Origin: Gemmobacter sp.
GTDB lineage: Bacteria > Pseudomonadota > Alphaproteobacteria > Rhodobacterales > Rhodobacteraceae
Length of the DNA stretch: 64,000 nt
Direction of reading: 5' to 3'
Assembly: GCA_041675885.1 (NCBI GenBank)
Contig: JBAYSY010000005.1
Coordinates: forward strand, 7,652 to 71,651
Shown here: positions 26,781 through 38,000 of the stretch, one piece after another
Numbering within the stretch: the stretch's first letter is position 1
Layout of the letters: every line of letters starts with the position of its first letter
Notes under the pieces: generated by a model
Seen by the model: the letters and a program-made list of their open reading frames with translations, nothing else
Told to the model about the DNA's origin: nothing
Database searches by the model: none
Position numbers and translations under genes: made by a program

Positions 26781-28106
26781 TCAGCGTTCGCGGAAGGCGC
26801 GCGCGAACTGGTCGGTGACCGGGCGGACAAGGTATTCAAGCGCGGTGCGGTCGTCGGTGGTGACGAAGACCTCGACCGGCATCCCCGGCAGCAAGGCCAG
26901 ATCGCCGAGCATGTCGCGCCCCGCATCGGTCAGGTCGAGGGTGGCGATATAATACGCCTCGGCCGCGCCGGACTCGCGCGTTGTCGCGGCCGAGACGTGC
27001 CGCACCGTGCCCGGTATCTCGGGCGTGGTGCGGTGGTTGAAGGCGGAGAACCGCAGCCGCGCCTCCTGCCCGACCCGCACCTGGTCGATACTGGCGGGCG
27101 GGATGCGCGCCTCGATCCGCAGCGCGGCATCGACGGGCACGATGGAGACCACGACTTCGGCCGCCGAGATCACGCCGCCGATCGTATGAACCATGATTTC
27201 ATTGACCACCCCGTCGCTCGGGGTGCGCAGATCGGTGCGCGACAGCCGGTCTTCAAGCACGTGGCCACGTTCGACCAGTTCACCCAGCCGGGCCTCGACA
27301 TGGCTCAGCTCGCGCTGGGCCTCGGTGCGGGCAAAGTCGTCGATCGCCATGATCTGGATGTTGATTTCGTTGATCCGGGTGCGGGCGCGGGCGATGGCGG
27401 CGTCGATCTCGCCGCGTTCGCCGGCAAGCCGCGCCACGTCGCGGCCGATGGCATAGACCCGCGCCGTCTCGATCAGGTTCTGTTCGGCCAGTTGCCGGAT
27501 ACGCGCCTGTTCGGCCCCCACCAGAACGATTTCCTCATGCTTCGAGTCGCGCTGCGCCTTGAGCCCGGCGATCTCGTCCTCGATCTGCTCGATCCCGAGG
27601 CGGAGCTGTTCCTTCTGCGCCTCGCGGTGCAGCCGGTTGCCGCGGAACAGGTTGCGCTCACCCTCCATGGTCACGGCGATCTCGGCGCCTGCCTGAAGCA
27701 GCACGGCGGGGAAGGCCAGGGCCTCGTGGCCGTCGCGCTCGGCGATCAGCCGCGCCCGCCGGGCGCCGAGTTCAAGGATCTGCGTGCGCACGATCGTCAG
27801 TTCCGCCCGCGTCGCCGCATCGTCGAGCCGCAGCAGGATCTGCCCCTCCCGCACCGTATCGCCTTCGCGCACGGCGATTTCCGAGACGATGCCGCCGTCG
27901 CGGTGCTGCACGGTCTTGAGGTTGCCGTCGACCACCACCGCGCCATTGGCGATCACCGCGCCCGAAAGCCGCGCGGTCGCGGCCCAGCCGCCCACCCCGG
28001 CAATCAGCGCAAGCCCGGCCACCAGCCCGAACAGCACCCGCCCGCCGAAGCGGTAGGGGCCGGGATCATCGCCCCGGGGGGCCGCGGGAAGAGGGGTCGT
28101 CTTCAT
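26781..28106 (-). CDS. HlyD-family type I secretion membrane fusion protein
   Basis: N-terminal TM, then LSGAVIANGAVVVDGNLKTVQHRDGGIVSEIAVREGD, a coiled-coil middle region, and a C-terminal beta-barrel domain. ATGA overlap with the upstream gene. Confidence 0.9.
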   Translation of the reverse strand: MKTTPLPAAPRGDDPGPYRFGGRVLFGLVAGLALIAGVGGWAATARLSGAVIANGAVVVDGNLKTVQHRDGGIVSEIAVREGDTVREGQILLRLDDAATRAELTIVRTQILELGARRARLIAERDGHEALAFPAVLLQAGAEIAVTMEGERNLFRGNRLHREAQKEQLRLGIEQIEDEIAGLKAQRDSKHEEIVLVGAEQARIRQLAEQNLIETARVYAIGRDVARLAGERGEIDAAIARARTRINEINIQIMAIDDFARTEAQRELSHVEARLGELVERGHVLEDRLSRTDLRTPSDGVVNEIMVHTIGGVISAAEVVVSIVPVDAALRIEARIPPASIDQVRVGQEARLRFSAFNHRTTPEIPGTVRHVSAATTRESGAAEAYYIATLDLTDAGRDMLGDLALLPGMPVEVFVTTDDRTALEYLVRPVTDQFARAFRER

Positions 28107-30163
28107 GCCGTCACCTCGGTGATGGTCAGCACATGGCTGCCCTGGACGAGAATGATGGTCTCGAACGAGTCATCGCGGTTGAGGTCGGCCTCGATCACGG
28201 TTCTGCGGATCCCGTCCAGCTCGTCGTGGCGGACGACGAAGGGCACCTTGTCGTCGTCGAAAGCCTTGCCGTAGATTTTCTTGAAGTCGGATTCCAGCTC
28301 GTCGATGATTTCCTTGAACAGCTTGTATTCGGATATCCTTATCCTGTCGCCGTATTTGAAGTTGTGGATTTCGTGGACCACGGTTTCGCCGCCGCCGGTG
28401 AATTCGAACAGGCTGGAGCCGCCGCCCGCGACAAGCACCACCGGGTCGTCGCCGATGACGAAATGATCGTCGCCATCGCCGCCGGCGATCTCTTCGAAAC
28501 CGTCGAAACCGTCCTCGCCGATCTCGGCGCCCGAGGCGATGCCGTTCACCAGATCGACATGCACCCCTTCGGCGGTTTCCGAAAAGTCGAGCGTGTCCCA
28601 GCCCGCACCGCCATGGAAGATGTCGTTCTCGCCGTCGGGGCTGACCAGCAGGTGATCGCCGCCCGTGCCGCCCAGCACCAGATCCCGCCCCGGCCCGTCG
28701 GTGATGAAGGCGCTGCCAGAGCCGGAAACGATGGTATCGTCGCCCGCCCCTGCGTGGATCGTGTCGCTGCCGGACCCGCCGACAAGCAGATCGTCGCCGT
28801 CACCCCCGAGGATCAGGTCGTCACCATCGCCGCCTTCGATGGTATCATCGCCTTCGCCACCGTGGATCGTGTCGTCGCCCGCATCGCCCGTCAGGATATC
28901 GTTGCCCGCGCCGCCACGGATCAGGTCGTCGCCGTCGCCGCCAAGGATCACGTCGTCGCCCGCCCCGCCATGGATCGTGTCATCGCCCGCATCGCCCATC
29001 AGGATATCGTTGCCCGCGCCGCCACGGATCAGGTCGCCGCCGTCGCCGCCGTGGATCACATCGTCGCCCGCGCCCCCGAAGATGGTGTCGTTGCCGGGGC
29101 CGCCGAAGATCGTGTCGTTGCCCCCGCCGCCGTGGATCAGGTCGTCGCCCTCACCGCCCATGATCACGTCGGCGCGGCCGCGGCCGAGGATGTTGTCGTC
29201 GCCCGCGCCGCCGTCGATCTCGTTGCGCCAGATGCTGCCGATCAGCAGGTCGCGGGCCTCGGTGCCCTCGATCCGCACGAAGGGGCGGGCCTCGAAACTG
29301 GCGAATTGCTCGACCGCGAATTCGCCGTCGCTGACCAGATAACGCAGGGTGACGGTGTGGGAGTGCGGGTCGTCGGTGGCATAGTCCCAGACCTCGCCGC
29401 GGCGGGTCAGGGTGCCGTTGCCCGAAACCAGCGTCAGCCCGGTCACCGAAAGCGGATCGCCGTCCGGATCCCGACTGTTGCGCAGCAGATGCGCCAGCCA
29501 GATCACCCCGACCGCGCCACCGGCGATATCGGCAAGCTGCACCGGCCCGCTGTGGCGCGGGGCGCGATTTGTCCCCCGGTCCGGATCATCCTGTTCCGGC
29601 CCGTCTTCCGGTCCGTCTTTCAGGTGGTCCCCGGCGCCGGGGCCGGGCCGGGTTCCCGGCGGGCCGGGGGTCAGCGGCATGGCGGCGCCGGGGCCGGTGG
29701 CCCAGGGGCTGTTGGCCGGAAACGGCACCGCCCAGCCGCTGACCGCCCCGAGGAAGGGCATCGGCAGCTTGCCGAAATCCTCACCCGTCGCGATGGTGGT
29801 GACTTGCAGGAACGGCGGCCCGCCATGGCCGGGTATCGTGCTGCGATGCGTCAGCAGGCTGCCCCAGTCCTCATCGGCCAGCCAGTGGCCTGGCCCGGAT
29901 TCGCGCCCTTCGGCCCCGGAGGGGGCAGGCCGGGCCGCCCGTGGCGCCGGATCCGGCGCGGCCCCGGCTTCGCCCCCTGCCTCGTCCCCGGGCACCTGTG
30001 CGGCCCCGGCCGGCACAAGGGACTTGAGCCATGCCGCCACCGCGACCAGCAGCATCGCGATCACATGCGGCTTGCGCGATGCCCCGGGGTCGTGCCGGTC
30101 GGCATAGGCTTCGGCCGGATCGGCGGGCTTCGTTCCGGTTCGGGCGCCCTTGACCTCGATCAT
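28103..30163 (-). CDS. RTX (haemolysin-type Ca-binding repeat) protein with a cadherin-like segment and an N-terminal hydrophobic helix; probable second T1SS substrate or accessory
   Basis: More than 15 GGxGxD nonapeptide repeats. A DPDGDPLSVTGLTLVSGNGTL segment. An N-terminal HVIAMLLVAVAAWLKSLV helix. The C-terminal GDRIRIS...ADLNRDDSFETIILVQGSHVL resembles a T1SS C-terminal target domain. ATGA overlaps on both sides. Confidence 0.85.
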   Translation of the reverse strand: MIEVKGARTGTKPADPAEAYADRHDPGASRKPHVIAMLLVAVAAWLKSLVPAGAAQVPGDEAGGEAGAAPDPAPRAARPAPSGAEGRESGPGHWLADEDWGSLLTHRSTIPGHGGPPFLQVTTIATGEDFGKLPMPFLGAVSGWAVPFPANSPWATGPGAAMPLTPGPPGTRPGPGAGDHLKDGPEDGPEQDDPDRGTNRAPRHSGPVQLADIAGGAVGVIWLAHLLRNSRDPDGDPLSVTGLTLVSGNGTLTRRGEVWDYATDDPHSHTVTLRYLVSDGEFAVEQFASFEARPFVRIEGTEARDLLIGSIWRNEIDGGAGDDNILGRGRADVIMGGEGDDLIHGGGGNDTIFGGPGNDTIFGGAGDDVIHGGDGGDLIRGGAGNDILMGDAGDDTIHGGAGDDVILGGDGDDLIRGGAGNDILTGDAGDDTIHGGEGDDTIEGGDGDDLILGGDGDDLLVGGSGSDTIHAGAGDDTIVSGSGSAFITDGPGRDLVLGGTGGDHLLVSPDGENDIFHGGAGWDTLDFSETAEGVHVDLVNGIASGAEIGEDGFDGFEEIAGGDGDDHFVIGDDPVVLVAGGGSSLFEFTGGGETVVHEIHNFKYGDRIRISEYKLFKEIIDELESDFKKIYGKAFDDDKVPFVVRHDELDGIRRTVIEADLNRDDSFETIILVQGSHVLTITEVTA
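28863..29078. repeat. Tandem 2 x 108-bp duplication inside the RTX gene
   Basis: Hand alignment of 28863-28970 against 28971-29078 gives about 92% identity. Both encode DLIRGGAGNDIL(M/T)GDAGDDTIHGG. Confidence 0.85.
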
Positions 30164-31986
30164 GCCTCGCCCCCCATCATCCTGGCCCGCTGCACCCGGT
30201 CAGGCAGCACCTGATGCGCCGCCCCGGGAACAGGGTCGGCGGCGGCGGGATCGACGGCGGGCGGCGCGGATTCGGCCGCGGGGCGCATGACCTTGGTGCG
30301 GATGATCTCGTCCCTTGGCCCGAACGCGGTCAGCCGCCCGCTCTGGATCACCGCGACATGATCGACGGCGGCAAGCGCGCTTGGCCGGTGCGCGACCAGC
30401 ACCACGATGGCGCCGCGGGCCTTGGCGGCCCCGATCGCGGCGGTCAGCGCCGCCTCGCCCTCACCGTCGAGGTTGGAATTGGGCTCGTCCAGCACCACGA
30501 GGAACGGATCACCGTAAAGCGCGCGGGCCAGACCGATCCGCTGGCGCTGCCCGCCCGACAGCGCGGTGCCCATGGGGCCGAGCATGGTGCCGTAGCCTTC
30601 GGGCAGGCGCAGCACCATTTCGTGGACCCCGGCGGCGGTGGCGGCGGCAATGATGCGTTTCGGATCGGGCACGGGATCGAGCCGGGCGATATTGTCGCCG
30701 ATGCTCGCGTCAAGCAGCGCCACCTCCTGCGGCAGGTAGCCGATATGCTGCCCGAGCACTTCTTCGGACCAGTGCGGCAGTTCGGCACCGTCAAGCCGGA
30801 TGCCGCCGCGCAGCACCGGCCAGATCCCGGTCAGCGCGCGCAGAAGCGTGGTCTTGCCGCCGCCACTCGGGCCGATGATCCCCAAAGCCTCGCCTGCGCG
30901 CAGGTTGAGGCTCAGATCGCTCAGCAGCACGGCCCCGGTGCCCGGCGCGGCCACGGTCACGTTCTCGACCTTGAGGCTGCGGCACGGCGCGGGCAGCGGC
31001 ATGGGCTGGTCCTGCTCGGCCAGCACCTGCGCGGTTTCCTTCAGCCGACCGTAGGCACCGCGCGCCTGCACGACATGCTTCCAGTTGCCGATCGCCATGT
31101 CGATCGGCGCCATCGCCCGGGTCGCCGCGACCGAGGCGGCGATGATCGCGCCGGGCGACAGCTCGCCCCGGATGGTCAGGAAGGCCCCGAGCCCGAGGAT
31201 CGACGATTGCAGGATCATCCGCAGCACCCGCGACAGCGCGCCGAAGGTGCCGCTGATGTCGCTGGTACGGGAATGGACCTTCAGATGTTCGTCATTGGCG
31301 GCGGTGAAGCGGTGGATGGCGCGGCGGCTCATGCCCATCGCCCTGAGGATCTCGGAGTTGCGCGCGTTCGAATCCGCCACCCGGTTGCGGGCGATGCCGG
31401 TCTGCTGCACCGCCTTGCTCCAGCGCCGGGTCAGGAGTTCCGCGACCACGGTCAGCACCGTCAGCACCAGCGCCCCCGCGATGGTCACCGCACCCAGCAG
31501 CGGGTGCAGGACATAGACGAAGGCGAGAAACAGCGGCATCCAGGGCAGGTCGAACAGCGCGACCGGCCCCTGGCTGCCCATGAAGCCGCGCAGCGTGTCC
31601 ACGTCGCGGCCCCGTTCCAGTGCCTCGGCGGTGGAAAAGCCGTAGCGCGGCATGTCGATGGTGATCTCATGCGCCACCGGCGCCAGGCGGCGGTCGAAGC
31701 GCGAGCCGACCCGGACCAGAAGCTGCGAGCGGATCACGTCGAACACGCCCTGAAAGCCGTAAAGACCAAGTGCCAGCACCGAAAGCGCCAGCAGGGTGGG
31801 CACGTTGCCGCTGCCCAGCACCCGGTCGTAGATCTGCAACATGTAGAAGGCGCCGGTCAGCGCCAGCACGCTGATGATCCCCGAAAGGATCAGCACGAAC
31901 AGGAAGATGCCGCGAAACCCGCGCATCAGGCTTCCGGCTTCTCGGCCTCTGGCTCCGGGTTCGATCCTGTTCACGCGCGCCCCCAT
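30160..31986 (-). CDS. Type I secretion ABC permease/ATPase (PrtD family)
   Basis: FYMLQIYDRVLGSGN motif, 6-TM domain, Walker A GPSGGGKTT, signature LSGGQRQR, Walker B VVLDEP. The start is uncertain: ATG at 31986 is preferred, with GTG at 32040 or ATG at 31926 as alternatives. Confidence 0.85.
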   Translation of the reverse strand: MGARVNRIEPGARGREAGSLMRGFRGIFLFVLILSGIISVLALTGAFYMLQIYDRVLGSGNVPTLLALSVLALGLYGFQGVFDVIRSQLLVRVGSRFDRRLAPVAHEITIDMPRYGFSTAEALERGRDVDTLRGFMGSQGPVALFDLPWMPLFLAFVYVLHPLLGAVTIAGALVLTVLTVVAELLTRRWSKAVQQTGIARNRVADSNARNSEILRAMGMSRRAIHRFTAANDEHLKVHSRTSDISGTFGALSRVLRMILQSSILGLGAFLTIRGELSPGAIIAASVAATRAMAPIDMAIGNWKHVVQARGAYGRLKETAQVLAEQDQPMPLPAPCRSLKVENVTVAAPGTGAVLLSDLSLNLRAGEALGIIGPSGGGKTTLLRALTGIWPVLRGGIRLDGAELPHWSEEVLGQHIGYLPQEVALLDASIGDNIARLDPVPDPKRIIAAATAAGVHEMVLRLPEGYGTMLGPMGTALSGGQRQRIGLARALYGDPFLVVLDEPNSNLDGEGEAALTAAIGAAKARGAIVVLVAHRPSALAAVDHVAVIQSGRLTAFGPRDEIIRTKVMRPAAESAPPAVDPAAADPVPGAAHQVLPDRVQRARMMGGEA

Positions 31987-32044
31987 CGTTCCGCACCGGT
32001 CCGGGGGCGGGGCGAAACACCCCGCCCCCGCTGTTGTCACGGGT

Positions 32045-35000
32045 TCACAGGATGAAGTTGTCCTGTGTCAGGTCGTGCGACCCCTTGATGCTGATCCTGA
32101 AGTCGGCCCCCGCACCGTCCGAGACATTGCCCTCGACCACGGTCCAGGTGTCGCCGTCGCGGAACTCCTCGCTGATCATGAGTTGCCCCTTGCCGGTGAA
32201 GCCGTCCGAAACGATGGTGAACGACTGCCTGCCCGCGGTGCCCGCATCGGCGTCCATATGGCTCAGGTCGATGCGGTCGCCGGGGGTAAAGCCCAGGATC
32301 ATGTCGCCGTCGGCATCCCCCGCCGAGTGGAAGCGGAACACGTCGTCGCCGCTGCCGCCGTCCATGATGTTGACGGCCCCGCTGGCGATGATCAGGTCGT
32401 TGCCCGATCCGGTGACGATGTTCTCGATGCTCCAGATCGTGTCGGTGCCGGTCTGGACACTGGTCACCGTGCCGCGGCCGCCAAGGCCCGATCCCAGGTC
32501 GGCGGTGATACCGGCGCTGATCGCCGACATGTCGAGCGTGTCGCTGCCCTCGCCGCCGTCGTAGAAATCGTCGCCGTCGCCGGTCCCGGCCATGATCACG
32601 TCGTCGCCACCGCCGCCGAACACGGTGTCGCTGCCCGAACCCGCGTCGATCAGGTCGTTCCCGTCGCCGCCGAAGATGCGGTCGTCACCGGCGTCGCCGA
32701 ACAGCATGTCGTCGCCCGCGCCGCCGAACAGGTCGTCGTTGCCCGCGCCGCCCAGCGCGATGTCGCGCCCGTCGCCGCCGATGAAGACATCGGTCCCGGC
32801 CGTGCCGATGAACACCCCGCCATCGGCCCCGCCCACGGTGACGCCGGTTCCGGACGGCGGGGCGGGGTCGGCCGGCGGTTCCGGGGCCGTGGTCAGCACC
32901 GGCTCGCCGTCTTCGATCAGCCGCAGTTGCGATACTTCACCGAAGAAGGTGATGCTGTTGCCGCCGCCCGAAACGGTGACCGAGCCATCGGCATTGAGCA
33001 CCGCCGAATAGTCCCCGTCCTGCGCACCTTCAGGCAACAGGATCTGGTCCTGCGGCCGCAGTTCCCCGGCCAGCATGTCGTGGCCGCCGCCGGACTGGAA
33101 CACCACCCGGTGCGAGGATTGCAGCCCGGTGATGTCGATCCCGGTGCCGTTCTCGCTGCCGAAGACACGGATGGTGTTCTGGCTGAGCCCCGATCCGGTG
33201 AAGTTGCCGTGGAACGAGAAGGTGTCGCCGCCAGCCGTGCCCGAGGTGCCGCCGGTCAGCGCGCTGCTGTTGAGGACCAGTTCCTCGACCCCGCGCAACT
33301 CACCGATGATCGAATCGAAACCCTCGCCGTTGCGGGTGACGATGATCGTGGTGCCGCTGTGCAGGTTGGCCGCGTTGAAGGCGTTGTCGGTCGATTGCGT
33401 GATCCAGGCGCTGCGGGTCCAGATCTGGAAATGCTCCGCGCTGTCATCGCCGTTGACGATGAAAGTATCGGTGCCGTTGCCGCCGTTGATCACGTCATGG
33501 CCATCGCCGACATTCCAGATGATCGCATCGTTACCGTTGCCGCCGTCGATCACGTCATCGCCCGGCCCGCCGATCAGCGTATCGGCGCCGTTGCCGCCGA
33601 GCAGCGTGTCGTTCCCCTCGCCGCCCGACAGGCTGTCGTTGCCGGTGCCGCCGGTCAGAGAGTCGTCACCGCCGTTACCGAAGATCGTATCGGCCCCGTT
33701 GCCGCCGTCGATTCTGTCGGCCCCTTCGGTCCCCATGATCAGATCCGGGCCGTTGCCCCCGGCAGAGACCATCCCCACCACCCCGGTCACGTCCGAGATC
33801 ACCTGTTCGGTGGTGCCGCCCTCATCCTCGAAGGTCACGACCACCCGCAACGGGCTGTTGACCTGCGCCGCGCCCGGCGTGAAGTTCGTGCCGTTGGCGC
33901 CCGGAATGTCGGTCCAGTCGCCGCCGGTCAGCACCTGCCACTGAATGGCCATGCTGCCCGGCACGATCCCGTCGGCATCCTCGATCTGGCCCAGCGCGAC
34001 CGCAAGCGCGATGCCCTGTGTGGGCGCCATGCTGCTGAGGACAGGCTGGCCGGTGGCCGGGGTGTTCTCCGGTTCGGGGTCCGGGTCATCCGGGAACAGG
34101 TCCGCGACCGCAACGGTCTGGTCGCCGAATTGCAGCATCTCGATATTGTAAAGCGTGTCGGTCCCGTCCGAGACCCGGTTGCGCCCGGTGGTCGGGTTGA
34201 CCGAGTTGGGCGTCATCGTGTGGTGATCCACGGTGAGGCTGCCGTTCGCGTTCAGGGTGATGGTGTAGTTCTCGAACACATCCCAATAGACGGCGGTGTC
34301 GATGCCGCTGTCGTCCCACAGGACTTCCCGCACGATCCTGAGCTGGCCGGGGTTGAGCACCCCTTCGACCATCCAGCTTGTCAGGGGCCTGGTCACGCCG
34401 CCGATCGTCACGTCGCCCTGAAGGCTGTCCACCGTGGCGATCTGGCTTCCGGTGCCGTCCGGCCCGCTCATGATCGCGACCCGCACGTTCAGCCAGGCGT
34501 CGCCGTCGATCACGTCGTCGCCGCCCCGGCCCTCGATCAGGTCGCCGCCGCCGCCGCCGAGCAGGATGTTGCCCGCGTCGAACACCAGCCTCATGTCGCC
34601 CGAGCCGTCGGCCCAGTATTCGGCTTCCTCCATCAGGTCTTCGGTGATGATCTGGTCCAGCCCGGCGATCCGCGCGATCCCTTCAAGGTCCAGTTCGTTG
34701 AACATGAAGTTGCCTTCGGGCGTCGGGTCGGGGATCTGGGTGGGAAGCAGTTCGTCGATCTCGTTGGTGCGGTCGTCGCCCCGGATCACGTCGTCGTAGA
34801 CCCAGCCCGAGACCGCCTCGACCTGGCTGTAGCGGTCGCGCAGCACCTCGATCGGCAGCGAGGTGAAGACCTCGATGTTCATGTCGGCGTCGGCCGGGGT
34901 CATCTGCCCCTTGTGGATCACCCAGTCGAAGCCCCACATGCCGATGAACTTCTGGATGCCCTCGCCCGCGAACATGATGTCGTCGCCCGAGTCGGCGTCG

Positions 35001-38000
35001 TAGTCGGTATCGCCGCTGCCGCCGTTCAGCACGTCATGGCCGATGATGGCCGAGTTGAAGAACAGGTCGCCGGTATCGCCCGCGATGTAGTCGAACCGGC
35101 CGCCCGCCTCGACCCAGTCGTCGCCGGGGCCGCCGAACAGGATGTCGATCCCGTCGCCGCTGATGATGAAATCATCGCCGTTGCCGCCGAAGATCTCGTT
35201 GCCGTCCTTGCCGCCGATCAGGAAGTCGTTGCCGTCGTCGCCGAACATCACCGCAAGGCCGGTGCCGCCGTGGATCACGTCGTTGCCGTCGCCGCCCTTC
35301 AGCACCGAGACATCGCCGATCGGCGTGCCGGTGTTGATGATGATGTCGTCGCCCGCGCCGCCCTCGGCCTGATCGACGCCCTCGCCGGTCTCGATCCGGT
35401 CGTTGCCGGGGCCGCCCCAGATCATGTCATCGCCGCCGCCGCCGATGATGTGGTTTGGGCCCTCGCCCCCCCGGATCACCGTATGGTCGAAGCCGTTGTA
35501 GCGAAGGTAGGCCACGCCGTCGTTGTCCTCGGGTGCGATCCGCTCCACCAGCGGCGACACCGCGTCGAGGAACGGATCGTCATGGGTCGGGTCGTCCTGA
35601 CCGGTCAGCATGATCTGCTTGGCCAGATCGACGTAGAACGAATGATCCGGCGCGAAGAACACGTTGTCGGGCAGGGCAAAGCCGGTCTCGCCCAGGTCGG
35701 TGGTGCGCAGCATCATCTTGCCAAGCGAGTTGGTCTCGATCTCGTTCAGCAGGTTCAGCCCCTGCAAGCGCGCCAGATAGTAGAAACGGTCGCCGTCCTG
35801 AAGGTTCTCCAGCTGAAGCTCGAACACGAAGGCGAAGGTCGAACCGAGCATCCCGCCGAAGGGCATCTTGCGCTCGGCCAGCCCGCCGATCCACAGGTCG
35901 ATACTGTCCACCCCGGTTTGCGAGGCCGGGCCGTTCAGGAAATCCACCCGGTCGGCGGGCGCATCATCGTTGCCGAACACCAGCGCGATGGCGGCGTCGC
36001 GCTTGTCCTCGATGCTGCTGACGCCGGTGATGGTCTCATGCGTGCCGTAGGCCGCGATGAAATTGACGATCGAGGCCGGGTTGGCCAGATGCAGCGCGAA
36101 ATCCGACCAGCTTTCATAGGGCCGCAGCCGACCGTCGCCATGCGACATTTCCATGAACTGCGCCCGCGCCTCGTTCAGCGTCGGCATCCCGGTATCGCGG
36201 CCGCGGGCAAGGTTGATCGTCGCAAGGTCGAGCGGCAGCCCGACCAGTTCGTTGCGCAGCACGTCGGTCACGAATTCGTCGATCTCGTTGCCGACCTGGC
36301 CCGACATGCCGCGGATGATCGCGCCCGAGACCTCGGCCTGGCCCATGTCGCCCAGCGCGTTGTCGAGATTGCCGAAGCGGACCGGGTTCAGGAAGGCGTC
36401 GAACAGGTCGATGCTGACGCTGTTGCCTTGCGCGTCGATCGTGTCGATGGTCTGGTTCAGCATCGAATGGCCGAAGCGATAGATCGCATGGGCGAATTCG
36501 GCGAAGATCGCCGGGTCGATCTCGGGGTCCGGCATCACGTCGAAGATGTCGATGTCGGGCTGGATCGAGCGGGCGAACTCCTCGAACACCAGATGCTGGT
36601 ATTCCATTTCGGTGACGAATCGCGCGGTCTGGAACAGCCGCTCGCCGTGCCATGCCACGTCATCCACGCTTGCGGGCAGGCTGTCCGCCGGGGCCGCCAG
36701 CCATTCGTTGATGAAGTCGAGATCGCCGGTGGCCAGCACCACCTGCTTGACGTGATCGACCAGCCGGTTGTGCTCGGCGTGGAACACGAAATGGATCGCG
36801 CTCAGGCCGATGTTCTCGTTGCCGCGCCCGTCGCCGGTGATGTAATGCGCGTCGAGAAGCTCATCGTCGTAGTCGGGAAGCTGGCCCATCACGGCCGGGC
36901 CGCCGTTATAGCCGATCTCGTCGTCATCGTCGGGCCGCAGGTTGCCGTTCGCGTCAGTTTTCGGCGCCGCCGTATGGGCGATGTCGTCGAGGAAGGCGAT
37001 GCCGGTGCGGGCCGCACCTTCCGCGCTCGGGTCGATCGGGGCGGCCGGGTTGCCTTCAAGATAGACCGGCGCGCCTTCGCCATCGACGCCCACCATCAGT
37101 TGCGGAAAACCGTTCGGCCCGGGAATGAACGCGCCGTAGGGATCGACCGCCACCACCGGCACGTTGAGCACATCGAGGTCGGTCAGCGCGATCCCCAGCA
37201 TCTCCCTCACATGGGTCTTGAGGTCGCCCCAGGTGACAAGGCCGCCCCCGGTTTCCAGCAGCCGCCCGGTGTTCACCGGCCCGTCGGGCGTCATCTCGTA
37301 CTCGCGCAGGAACACCTGATGCGACGGGTGCGAGGTATAGGTCTGGTTCTGATCGACCCAGGGCGTCACCACGTTGCGGGCGTCGTCGCCGGTGGTGGCG
37401 CGGGTCAGAACCATGAAGTTGGTGTGCGGGCTGTCGGGGTCGTAAAGCGGGTCGTCCTCCATCAGCGGGATATACACCGTGCCGTTGCCGCCCTTGGCCA
37501 CGAGGTCGAGCCCGTGGTCGAAGAACTGGCCGAACAGCGTCAGCAGCGCGTTGAACGACGCCGAAAGCCCCTCATCCGGCGCGGTATTGGGAATCCGCAC
37601 CGTCGGCCCGTCCATCTCGATCCCGTGTTGGTCGAGCAGGTCGCCCAGCGTCGTTTCCGCTGTGTCCAGGGCGGTCTGGGCGGCATCGACCTGCCCTTGG
37701 GCAAGCTCGATAAAGGCCGGAATCCCGCTGGTCTCGGCCTGTGCAAGCAGCGCCTCCGCCACGGCAAGCGCCGCCGCCGCCGTCCCGACCCCGGCATGGG
37801 CGCCGGAAATCCCGGCGATGGTGTCGAGCAGCTCCTGCCCCTCAAGCTCCAGCGGCTTCAGCGCGGTGGCGATGGCGGCCGGGTTGTTCAGGGTCTGATC
37901 GACGATCAGGTTCGAGATCAGCCGCGGCTCGTAATCCACCACGCCGCCCGGCAGGCCGTAATCGTTGTTGTTGCCGCCGGTCGCCCCGTCATACATCGCG

